In this document: positions 22,617 to 35,606 of the stretch, piece after piece | Numbering within the stretch: position 1 is the first letter of the stretch | Layout of the letters: the number at the start of each line of letters is the position of its first letter | Source: Microthyrium microscopicum | Lineage: Eukaryota | DNA length: 64,000 nt | Direction of reading: 5' to 3' | Assembly: GCA_010405405.1 (NCBI GenBank) | Contig: MU004232.1 | Coordinates: 1,631,481-1,695,480, forward strand | The notes under the pieces: model-generated | Seen by the model: only the letters and a program-made list of their open reading frames with translations | The model's database searches: none | Told to the model about the DNA's origin: nothing | Position numbers and translations under genes: made by a program

Positions 22617-24150
22617 TCAGGCTGTTGGAATAAAGCTCTCGCATACGAGCAGCGGCTTGCGAGTCAATGTGCTGATCATCTTGGCAACGAGGCCAGGCTC
22701 ATTAGCCTGTGCTCGGTCGCGACGATCACGGCTCTCAGTCCGGTCGTCTAGACGAGTCGCTCGTCCAGCCACCGGCCTTCGAGAAGGCGAGGGGCGCTGG
22801 GAGGAGAGCTGTTCTCGAGAAGATGAAGAGCGCAGTGATGGTTGTTGCCCTTGAGAGGACGAAGAAGAGCCATTGCGAATAGCACTCTGCCCGGTCATGA
22901 GCGATCGGTACTCGCCGCGTTGATTACACCGGCCCTCAGGGAGGTCGTGTGTTACCAGTGGGCCTGGTGGGGGAGGTGGTAGACGCCCCCCATACACTGG
23001 GGTCGCTGACACAGCCAGAAGTCTTGTATCAAGTGTGTTCGCAAATTAAACGAGGTCGAGGCTTGCGAGTCAATGTGCTGATCATCTTCGCCACGATTCC
23101 AGGCTCATCAGCCTGTGCTCTGTTGCGACGATCGCGGCTCTCGGTTCGGTCGTCTAGGCGAGTCGCTCGTCCAGCCACCCACTGGCCCTCGGGGAGGTCG
23201 TGTGTCACCAGTGGGCCTGGTGGAGGAGGAGGCAGTTGACCATTAGCCACTGGGGTTGCTGACACAGCCAGAAGTCTTATATCAAGTGTGTTCGCAAATT
23301 ATAAGCGAGCGGTGCTTGTTCTGTCACGAGGCCTTCCCAATCTCGCTGGTACATAGCTGTCGCGTTGGACTCCTTCGTCCCCATGATACGCAGCACAGTC
23401 AAAGCAATGACTGTTCGCTCTTCGACCTCCTTCATCTGGAAGAGCTCGATGACGAATGACATTGGTGCAAGGTGAAATTCTTGTTGACAAATTAGTCTTC
23501 ATAGTTCATCTCAGAAGAGGCATTACGAATAGCACTCTGCCCGGTCATCAGCGATCGGTATCCGCTGCGTTGATTGGCGCGTCGAGCACGGCGCAAAGGT
23601 GCAAGGGTCAGAAGAAGCAGCTCTTCGTCAACCTGCTCAGCTGACATAGCGGGATACTCTGGCGCATTATGGATCATGGAGTCTTCTACATGGTGCTCAG
23701 CGCCGTCGAAAGACGACGCTTCCAGACGCACTGTGGATGGTGGGCTTATATCAAGTGTGTTCGCAAACAAACAGCGGCATATGTAGACTTAGATTTGGGC
23801 GATTGCTGAGCGCCGGCCTTGGTCCACTCTGCGTCAACTTCAAACCCATGTTTGGTGATTGGACTATTATGGCGAACTATTGTGTCCGCTGGGCTATTTT
23901 GGCGGGATTTTGCTCTTCAGCAACAGCGCCTTTGATGTCGTTCACGACGAAGCTCGACGCAACGACGGAGGCTGAGCATAGTGCTGTCGCCAGCCTGCCT
24001 TAGGAGCAGGCGATTCTCCGTAGCCTTGAGGAGTAGCAGAGCTCTTATAACAAGTGTGTTCGCAAATAAACAGCGACATATGCAGACTCGGACTCTGGAG
24101 ACTGCTCGGAAACGGCCTTGACCCACTCTGCGTCCACTTCGCAGCCGCAT
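22617..24150 (-). repeat. Mosaic of locally duplicated 60-250 bp segments; possible orphan gene or pseudogene
   Basis: TTRTA(T/A)CAAGTGTGTTCGCAAA at ~23024, 23277, 23746, 24044. Duplicated blocks 22654-22773/23060-23179, 22930-23047/23184-23300, 22871-22925/23521-23575, 23745-23841/24044-24140. Confidence 0.8.
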
Positions 24151-26115
24151 CGAATAAAGGGTGAGCTTAGTCCAGAGGATGCTGGAGTGCTTCTCGAAGT
24201 TCTGTTGTTGACAAGAGTGCGTAACAGAGAGCAAGTGCTGGCATTTGCTGAACCACTTTGGGGAATTAATCTCAATTTTGTTGTTGGTAAGTGTACAACA
24301 TAAAATCCGCGCGCAAAGATCAAGCTGATAGGCATTAGCTAGACCTGTGATACATGTTAGCAATCATGTTACCGGAATCGATCAAGATAGGCTTCAAAAA
24401 CTTACAAAGTGGTCCGAGTTCTAGACTTTCGCTGGAAAGGTCCACGCATTGTGGCCACTTATTGAATCGTTTACTTAGTCGAGCTATTGATACTAGATAA
24501 ATCATCAGTTTCATCGTAAACGCTATAGATTAGAAATGACAAACCTAGCTGGTGCTGCCCCTGATTGTTGCCTGCAGCACAGCAAAGAAAATGTTGTCGA
24601 GATTGCTACTGGATATTCGCTCGCGTTGGGTCGAGTGATGGTTCCCGCGGTGATGTTTTATATATAAGTATGCTTGCTTCGTTCGCTGCCGTGTTTGATA
24701 GAAGTGTCAACGGAGTTTGTGATAAAGATTGCGGGCGAAGTTTGCTTTAGGGGTATCTCAACGAGCAGAGAAGCTGTTCGACCTTCAAGGCGATAAGCCA
24801 ACTAAAGATTGGACCTGACCTTAGTCAACACGGCTATCGTTCATCGCAGGGAAAGTTCAGGATTTTACCCACAGGTTTGACGTTTTTGAAGGTTGACAAC
24901 TCGCCCGCTGACAGGTAGGTATGCCACCCACTGTATTACATCTTCTTCTGACCTTGATTTGATCGGCGGTTCAGTCAGGGATGTTCACCGTTATCTTTAG
25001 ATAATGTTAATGGTCTGAACAGTCGCTGGAAGCTGGTGTCAGCATTGAAAGGAGCTGTAGTGGCGTGGCAATTCTTGGTGCTCACCAGGTTGCAGTTGAC
25101 TGAAAGCAAGCCATGTAAAGCATAAAACTGTACAAGATGCGCGACTAAGCAAGGCTGAGATACAGATGAGAGGCGAATGAAGGGCAAAATGTGGGTGTGG
25201 TGATGGTGTTTGGTTGAGGAGGAGTTGGAAGCTGGCAGCTAAAAAGGAAACACTTGAGATTTTTGGGCCAACAAAACCTGAGTGCGCTCCTAGGGTTAGC
25301 CTGCGAGGGTCCCCTGATAAGGCTGAGCCAAAATTCACGTAGCATAAAGCCTTGAAAGCAGGTACAGAATGGAAGATTTCATTGTTACTATTGTTTGAGG
25401 CTGTCTATAAGCCATTGCGGCCGCAAGAAGTCCAGCTTTAGACTCTATCGATGTTCACACCTCTGCTCTAACTCCTTCGATTATGTGCTCGCGTGAATAG
25501 TTGCAAAGTTCTTCATCTGGACGCGTCCAGCACGCAGAGACCCTTGTGTATGTCCGTAACGATATGCATCGTGCTCGCTGTAACGACACGAAGAGACTGA
25601 GCAAGACAAGAAACTCAAAAACGTAATTGATGTCAAAGAACCGCTTCGTTTGGCGGATGGAATAGCCATTGTGCGCGTGGGCAATTAGCTCTGGCAGGGG
25701 CTACGATGACTGATGCCATCTGAAAGCGGGAGCCGCACGACAACGACTCCCACCAGTGGGCTGTCAAAAGCTAGCTAATCCTGACTATCGTGACCATTTG
25801 AATGTTCGCTCACTCTCCTAATGCGTTGAATAGACCTTTAGTTTTGGGTAACCGACTTCTTCATGAGCATCTGAGTATTGCCGCGTGTTGACACAACGAT
25901 TGATCCCCAATCCATCGCAAGACTGACCTTGAGTCCTATAAAACAGTTGCAATTCCCGTTGACATCGTCACTCTCTCCTCAAGCCTCCACTACCTGCTCA
26001 AGTGTTTGCAACATACCAACACTTCCTTCCACCAAAGCCATCCGACCCTCCTACAGTACCAACGACCACCCGCATCAACAACACCCTCCCTCCCGCCTTC
26101 CCTTCAACCACCATC

Positions 26116-26551
26116 ATGCCTCGCTCCGTCCCAAAACTCGGCTTCTCTACTTCCCCAATGGCGGTCCGGCCAACCGCCAAAGACCCCTTATTCTTTGAGA
26201 AGGAGCTCGAAAGAGCACAAAAACTATTCGACAATGGCCAGTTTCAGGAGGCCGAGCTGGCGGCTATGAACGTCACAATCCCCTACAACATTGCCGTACC
26301 CAAAGAACTGGCACGAAAGTTCTTTCTTCTCCAGGCCATGTGCTTGGAAAGCTGGGAGGATGAGATTCATGATAATCTCTTCGTACGTATACCCAGAAGT
26401 GTCCCTTTGAAGCTGGTAATAACCTGTACTTATAGACGGTGCGGGCCGAGCTTGCTCGTTCTGACCAGAAGAACCAGCTGACGCGCACCAATGAAGCCGT
26501 CAAGGCTGAGGTGGCAGCGGAGAGCAAGAAGATTGCTGAAAACCAGAAGTA
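26116..26551 (+). CDS. Small hypothetical protein
   Basis: ATG 26116 after a TATA/pyrimidine-rich leader. An intron at ~26382-26435 (GTACGT..TAG) joins to a helical C-terminus ending ..IAENQK*. Confidence 0.55.
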
Positions 26552-26912
26552 AAGAGGAGGAATATATACCCAATTCACTAGTAACATAGCACTGAATAAG
26601 AGAGAACGTCGAGTCAAGGCTCAGGCGGTTTACGTTGGCTCATGGGAGCAGCTTCGATTTTTGTTCATTTCCTATACTCGATACACTAACTGCGCTTGTG
26701 TCATTTCGCTGGTACTCCCTATCGTGGATTTACTGCCTATCACGTCGCTGGAATCGTGACCGCAGGTTTAGGAAGGTTACACGTACTACAGAACTATCTG
26801 TTATCAGTGTGACAGGACGGGGTACTCAAGAGTTTGTATTATGCTAACTGTTATTCAACAGGATATATAAACCTCCTCCCTCGAGTCAATACTTTCCTTC
26901 CTCCAGTTCACA

Positions 26913-28665
26913 ATGAGCCCTCCCTACCCGAATCATACCACAATGCCAGCCCAGAATCGGAATTGGAGCGAATCCCATGAGCACCCTCGAGGCGCGAGAG
27001 TCGTTGATAGCAGACGTAATCCCCACCGCTTCTCAAGTCCAGGCATACCTCACAGCGATGACTCTGACTTCCAAGATGACGAAGACGAGGTTCTGCAAGA
27101 AATCGACGACCTAAGGCGCGCACTCGGACAGCGAAATGAGCGTATCAAGGAAATGGAAGACGAAGTTGATGCGTTGAAGCGCAACAATGGCGAGCTACGC
27201 CAAAAGCTGGACGGATACAGTGAGCTGCTTATGAGACAAGATGAGGAGAGAGAAGCGGCTAAACTGGACGCTGATATACGAGCGAGCAAGAAGTTAAAGG
27301 GACAAGAAGCAGCTTCAAAGCAGATGCTCATCTTTGGAGACCCGACTTCTGATTGGGATGGCTCTAGAATCTCTCAGTCACTGGGTCTCAGCTTGATATC
27401 TAATGCTGGAGAGGAAGAAAAAGCTTTGATACGAAAGTACGGCCAAACAGGGTCTATATTCTGGACTTACAACGGATCGGGAAGTCAGCTCTCGAGTGAG
27501 TTGTACGAAACATTGAAAGCGAAGAATTGGAAGCCTTTGTGGTGCAAGAAGAGCGGTATGTGATGACAAGATAACGATTATAATTACCTCTCGAGGGACA
27601 AAATAAGTGAGCCGTTTCGACCACTACCCCCAGCGATTGCGATGGCTGCCATAACACTTCTCAAAGAGTGATTGCTCTGATTCCCACCAGCGTCGTAAAA
27701 TTCATCTTAAGTTATCAAGTACGACGGCAATCAAAGTACTCACTCTTAAGGAAGTGTTATGGCAGCCATCGCAATCGATGGGAGTAGTTGTCCAGACGGC
27801 TCACTTATTTTGTCCCTCGAGAGATTACTTAGCGACTAGAAGGCTAACCAGAAACGAAGTTGATGGCGAAATATGGTTTCTAGGGGAAGAACTTGTGCAT
27901 GTGAACTTCTTCGGTGTAGAATATATTCCTGCACTGAAAGGAGTTAATGGCGAGGATCAGTACGGTCAGATATGCGCTTCTTTGGTCGACCCTACTGCCA
28001 TGGATATAACTGGTTTCAAAGAAGCTCTCCTGAAGGGTGAAGATCCACGATATGTTTGGTTCAATGCTATGCGCAATGCAGTAAGTCCTCGAGTCACTTT
28101 CACATGAGAGATCGTCTGATAATGGGCATCATAGAGTGACATTGATGGGCTGGTTCAAATGTCCTTCTGGCAGAGGAATCAGCGCTTGCAAGAAAAATGG
28201 GGACCGCAATTGACGGCTCCACGACGAGCTGGCTCTTTTATGCCCGAGTTTCCAACCGACAGTATCAGGCGAGATAGAAAAGAGAGCTCATATTCCGCAT
28301 CTAAGTACCCGGATCGGCAATACAGTCAAGGTTTGAAGGTACCGACCGTCACAAGAGCCAGATCATACAGTACCAACAGCAGACACGAGACGGCCCAGGA
28401 TTTTCCATCATACCACGACGAAAGACAACAATCATTTTCAGCGTCATCCTCAAGAAAAGCTAATCTTCACCCGGACGAAGCTTTTGAAGAGGCTCGCCCG
28501 TCAATTCGGCGCTCTACGTCTTCAGCTTCTCGGCGTGAGGACAGTAGACGAGAGCGCGGGCGAAGCGATAGGGATACAACGTACGTTGGGTCATCACACA
28601 GTCTCAGCGTCCCGCAACAAAGTCGCCATAGATCGAGAAGCAAAGATGAGAGAAGAAGACACTGA
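26913..28665 (+). CDS. Hypothetical protein (N-terminal coiled coil, central globular domain, RS-rich tail)
   Basis: Three ORF pieces joined in frame by introns 27556-27859 (GTATGT..GCTAAC..AAG) and ~28081-28133 (GTAAGT..CTGAT..TAG). Confidence 0.7.
27588..27823. mobile_element. MITE / foldback element inside an intron
   Basis: 84-bp inverted arms 27588-27671 and 27740-27823 (about 76/84 identical), flanked by direct ATTAC repeats at 27583-27587 and 27824-27828. Confidence 0.85.
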
Positions 28666-29601
28666 TTGTCTACAGAAAATTGCAACTTACCTGCCTTGAT
28701 GTATGATTGCTCACGTCAGAGCTCTTTGGCTCCTATGAATGTGGCTCCTGAAACCCAGAAAGGACGGAATAAAAGTTGGCAATTTGCTCCGTGATCATTG
28801 ATGAGAGCGCAGAAATACTTGATACGATATGCTGGATTTTGAGGTTATGGTTCCTCAAGACTTTTAAATCATATCATTACTTGAACTTGGAGAGTTTCCC
28901 TTTGCCCCGTCGTGTTGAAAGCTATGATTATTCGATGGACCCAGCATTTTTTTACTGCAATATATTTTTATAATATGTATAGCTCGTTCCAACTTGGAAT
29001 GTTATTGAACCCTGTCCCTCCTAAATGTGTTATATCTCATATTAGTCTCTAGTATCCGCAAGGTTTCCGCATAAGCCCTGTATGCTCATGTGGCTTTTGT
29101 ATGACATCTCTTGTCTTGAATCATGATGCCTCATACGACCTCTGATCAATCTATTCGTTTTCGAACTAGTTGTTATAATAGAGACATATATCGCCAAATC
29201 TCTTAACAGGCAAATGTTATGCTTTCTACCAATCAAGCGGTGTTGAGGCTGCTTGTGACTTCTACTCATACAGTGGGCAAGTAATTACTTCAGTACTTAA
29301 TCTAAGAACGGTGAATCTCTTAGTGCAACTTTTGATGTGCAGCTACCCTTTTTCTTTATCTTGAACTACATTTCCCACGTGCAGATCCATGTTCGCATAT
29401 CAAATTTAATGTGCCAGCGCTCAGTCTCAACATTGACCTTGACTGGACCTTTTCTGCACGAACTGGAGTTCAAATTGACTTCTTCACCCATGCAGTGAGA
29501 ACAGCACTCTCCAGCCGGCCCGTCATGAGGCCCTCCATATCAACAGCATAATTGTCCAGTTCCCTTGACTCTTGCGGGTGTGCCTGTAATTCGCCGATAC
29601 G

Positions 29602-31508
<1,907 letters not shown>

Positions 31509-31919
31509 AGTAATGGGCATGTTGCCACTGATAATGAGAGAACTGAGAACTTTAAACTTCAACGAATGCTCAAGTGTTGTATTCATTACATTATGCAAAT
31601 CAAAAGCTAGATTCTGGAAGCGGAAGAGGTGATTTCTGCATTAGGCTGAATGGTAGGCTGAAAACGTGCATGAACAAGGTCAAATCGATGGCGCTATCCG
31701 GATTAGGCTTAGCGTCAGCGGGACAGCCCGCCGTACCTGCCAAAGTTGAGGAACGCGACCGCAACTGCATGTCGACCTCGTCGCAACTTCCATTTCGAAT
31801 GCTCACCCACCGGTCGCAAACCTCACTCAATCACCATTTGCAGTCGCAACTTCCTACAATGCCTCCAGGCTGCCATTGAGCTACCTGGCAGCACGGGCCC
31901 CCACAACAAAATATCCTCC

Positions 31920-33629
31920 ATGTCCTTTGTCCTCAAAACCCTCGCATTCCCCTCCCTCTACTCTTCTCTTCAAGCATCGTCAACGCTTTTGGCCCGTCAC
32001 CTGCCAACATTTCCAGCAATCAGTCACCCGTTCTTCCACCTGACCTTCCTTCTCGTAGCAACAGCTACGATGTGCAACCTCGTCGCCCGCACGAATCGCT
32101 CTCGGCGTCGTGTGTCGACGCAGTCCTCTCCGCCCACTTCTTCGGGCGCTTCACCAAAGCGCAAGAGGGAGGGGGATGGGGAGGACGACGAGGAGGTAAC
32201 TAGACACTCCCATCCATCTCTTTATACCTGACTAATCTGTTCATCGCAGCGTCGTCCCGCGAAGGTCGCGAAAGTCGCGAAAGCGACCACCTTCCTGGGA
32301 AGGGCGTGGACCTCGCTGGTTTCATGGGCGTTCTCCAAGCCCGCTGAGTCGGTCCCGAGTGATGTTGGGACACCACCTGTCGCTGTCGCCAGCAGCAATA
32401 GGTGGGACTCGGTGGGCCTCGCTCCGGAACTGGCCGGCCTCGCTCTTCCCATCGCCGCCATACACCCACCACCAGCCGGTCCGTCCCAAACCGCGCCACG
32501 AAACCACGAGTGGTATGTCGAGCACGTCGTGGAGGGCCCGAAGAGGAAGGCGGCCCTAGCACGCTTCCGGTTGGAGAGGAAGACGGCCCCTCGCGCTGGC
32601 TATGAGGAGGCGGTGGGGTCGGAGCCGTTGTCGGGGGTTGGCAACCTCAAACACTCACAAAGCTTCCTGAAGCGGAAGTCCGATGGAGCAGTCCAAAAGA
32701 GACTCTTCAAATCCAAAGGCGAGCTCGCTCGCTATAAGCGGAAAGTCAAGGAGGAGCATGAGCGCCAAGTCGAAGAAGAGAAACTCCGACTCGCCAAAGA
32801 GGCGGCTATCAAGTCGCAACCACTCATTCGAGAAGTTCCCATCGAAATTCTCACTTCCCTTCCCAAAGTTCACAAACTCTTACCGAGCCATCAAATCGCC
32901 AAATTCGGCAGAACTCCAATCACCGTCAAAGACCTTCAAACTCTCAAACCGCTTGATTGGCTCAATGACGAAATCATCAACGGCTTTCTTACCGAGCTTT
33001 GCGAAAAGGCCAAGTCCAAACTCGCCGAACAGATGAAAACGGCAGGAACCCCAATCAAAGACGACATCCCGCGATATCATGCACTCAACACCCATTGGTT
33101 CCCCGAGATGCAACAACCAGACGGTGTCAAAAAGATTGCCCGCTGGACGAAGCGCCAAAAAATTGGTGGAAAGAATCTTCTCAGCGTTCACAAACTCTTC
33201 ATTCCAATTCATCGAGGCAGTCACTGGACCCTACTGACCATCCTTCCCCAACGACGTCAAGTACGTTGGTACGACTCCTTGTTCACCAGCGAAGGACCTG
33301 TTCTTGCTTCAGCCAAAGAAATGCTTCAACATGAGTTGGGTGATGCTTGGGACGAGAGTGAATGGACATTTGAGAGAGCAGAGAGTGGTCATCAACAAAA
33401 CTCTTCAGATTGTGGCGCATTTACCCTTATGAATGCCTGGGCCACCTTCTACACTGACAACCCACCTGATATTCTTCCCGACCAACATGGCGAAGCAATG
33501 CGACAACTGATTGGTTCGATCATCCTTCATGGTGGCTTGAAAGGCGACTTCGACTTGGAGGCCTGGCATGGTGGCTTTCATCTGGAAACTCCACGAAATG
33601 TTTCCAACCATCCTTCTCACAGAGCATAA
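31920..33629 (+). CDS. Ulp1-like SUMO protease (peptidase C48)
   Basis: DLQTLKPLDWLNDEIIN, PIHRGSHWTL (His), YDS (Asp), QQNSSDCG (Cys). Intron 32196-32249 joins an upstream exon in frame. Start uncertain (31920 or 32070). Confidence 0.88.
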
Positions 33630-33699
33630 TATTGGTAGAGAGCTCATCTACCATAGAGGATAGCCCATTCTCTTCTCGACCCAACATTCTCTTCTCATC

Positions 33700-34200
33700 A
33701 ACATACATACATTGCCAGCCAAAGATTATCCTCTCATCAACAACACAATCTCTCGCCATCACTAAATCCTGTCGTCAGTAACACATCCTGTCGTTACAGA
33801 TACATTCTACCGTCACAGACACATCCTTTCGCCAGAAAGACATCCTCTCATCAATAACACAATCTCTCGCCATCACTAAATCCTGTCGTCAATAAACCAT
33901 CATGTCGTTACAGATACATTCTATCGTCACAGCGCAGCCTCTCATCAAAGACACATCCTTTCGCCAGAAAGACATCTTCTCATCATCAATACACTCTCTC
34001 GCCAAAACCACACCCTGTCATCAAACACATCCTGACTTCAACGACACATCCTGTTGTCAAAAACACACCCTGGCGTCAGAAACACATCCTGTCGTGTACA
34101 TTACAACCTCTCATTATCACGGAGTCTTCTCTTCATCGAGATTTCCTCATCAACGGGACATATTTTCATCAAGAGAACATTATGCTCTCAACAGACCAAC
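33700..34200. repeat. Degenerate 19-bp minisatellite with a 114-bp higher-order repeat
   Basis: Unit approximately ACACATCCTGTCGTCAGAA. The block starting 33728 recurs at 33842 (offset 114 = 6x19). Confidence 0.8.
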
Positions 34201-34240
34201 TTCTCCTGTACCTCGGTTGTTTCTGAAGCTCAAAGGTTTT

Positions 34241-34590
34241 AGCTTGGGTGATGATCATCACAAATTCGGAGTGGCGTCCAAATCTGTGTCTGAGCTCCCC
34301 TCGCTTCCTTTTATTGTTGAAAGGGATTCCAGCTTGGATGCTGATCGTTGCAAACTTGGGGTGGCGCCTAGGTTTGTAGCTCGATCACTCCTCGCTCCCT
34401 CTCATCATGGACTTTGAAGATATTCTGCTTGAGTGATGCTAGCTGCGGATTTGGGATGGCATCCAATTCGTAGCTTAAGCTCCTCCGGCTTCCTATCATC
34501 ATGGCATCTGAAGGCATTTTGCTTGAGTGATGCTTGTTGCGGACTTGGGATGGCATCCAAGTTCGTAGCTTAAGCTCCTCTCGTTTCCTT
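34241..34590. repeat. Four degenerate ~90-94 bp tandem units
   Basis: GCTTG(A/G)GTGATG...TTGGGATGGCATCCAA...AGCTCCTC-like units begin near 34241, 34331, 34426, 34520. Confidence 0.7.
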
Positions 34591-34955
34591 CTTTCTCTCA
34601 TGCTTCCTTCTTTCCCTGAAGCTTCGGTTCAAATCTTCTTTCATGTGGAAGGCATGGTTCTGGTCCAATTCGATTCTTTTTACAAGTCAGCACTCTTCAG
34701 CTCGACTCTTCTTGATACCCTTTTATTCTCCATGGAACCAGCAAGGTCGGCTTTTGCCTGGTATGGAAAGTGCAGTCACAGCTCGGATAGCTAGTGGACT
34801 TATGCATGGCGGTCTTTTCTTTCTTCTGTAGTTTTAGCGGCACAGCAGCCTTGGAACGGGCATCATTAATGCAATCATCCACGCCTAATGTCTCTGCGTT
34901 GGATTCAAACAATTTGATTTCTTCTCCGTGAATATCGTGAGCTTTTCTTGCTATG

Positions 34956-35606
34956 CTATGCCTCAGTGAATCTGAACCATCGCCTAAACACCTGTCCTGT
35001 TTCGACCGTTCGTCCCACCCATGGTCGTCCGCTATCGCCGCTTTTGGTGCTACTCGCGCTGAGTATCGGTACTCGCTGCTTCCAAACATCCTCATCTTCC
35101 GCATCATCTGGCCTCCCATCATCATAATCGTCAACTCGCGCTTCGTGGATGTTGTGAGGCGCCACCGGCTCAACCACTACAACCTCCATACCCGTCCGTC
35201 GACCAGCCATTACCAGCGCGGCTGCAGTCTGCGACAGCCCTTGCGCTGACCAAGAGCTCGTGTGCGCATGGAGCGCGAGTGGATATGCCAGCATCAGTCT
35301 CCCGCCATTGATTCCTCCTCCTTCCTCGCTAGATTTATTCTGCTGACACAGAGTAGACAGGTAGGCGAGAAGCGCGGGCACAGAAGGGCAGAAAACGAGC
35401 CGTGTATTTGCAAGGTTTAGGTTGGAGAGCAGATCTAACGTGGGCGTGAAGAGGGTGTGGGTGGGTGGCAGTTGATTGAGCAGGTGGCGGATGAAGGTGG
35501 TGCGGGAGAGACATATGATAAGAGTTGTGGGTCCCTCTTCCGTGATAATAGTGTTGAGCAAGGCTGGGAGGGCGAGTGGGTGCTGTATTTTGGGTGATGA
35601 TGGCAT
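34956..35606 (-). CDS. Conserved Pezizomycotina hypothetical protein, possibly a degenerate RecA/Rad51-paralog fold
   Basis: Intronless 216-aa ORF with PTTLIIC, LVFCPSVPALLAYLS, SWSAQGL, WVGRTVE..VFRRWFRF. Confidence 0.75.
   Translation of the reverse strand: MPSSPKIQHPLALPALLNTIITEEGPTTLIICLSRTTFIRHLLNQLPPTHTLFTPTLDLLSNLNLANTRLVFCPSVPALLAYLSTLCQQNKSSEEGGGINGGRLMLAYPLALHAHTSSWSAQGLSQTAAALVMAGRRTGMEVVVVEPVAPHNIHEARVDDYDDGRPDDAEDEDVWKQRVPILSASSTKSGDSGRPWVGRTVETGQVFRRWFRFTEA

Noticed and set aside
23024..24066. Four 22-bp direct repeats as a CRISPR-like array
   Set aside because: Eukaryotic DNA, irregular 250-470 bp spacing, spacers homologous to one another, no cas genes.
31920..33629. Ulp1 as transposon cargo
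   Set aside because: No adjacent TIRs, transposase or RIP; the MULE is about 12 kb away with its own ends.
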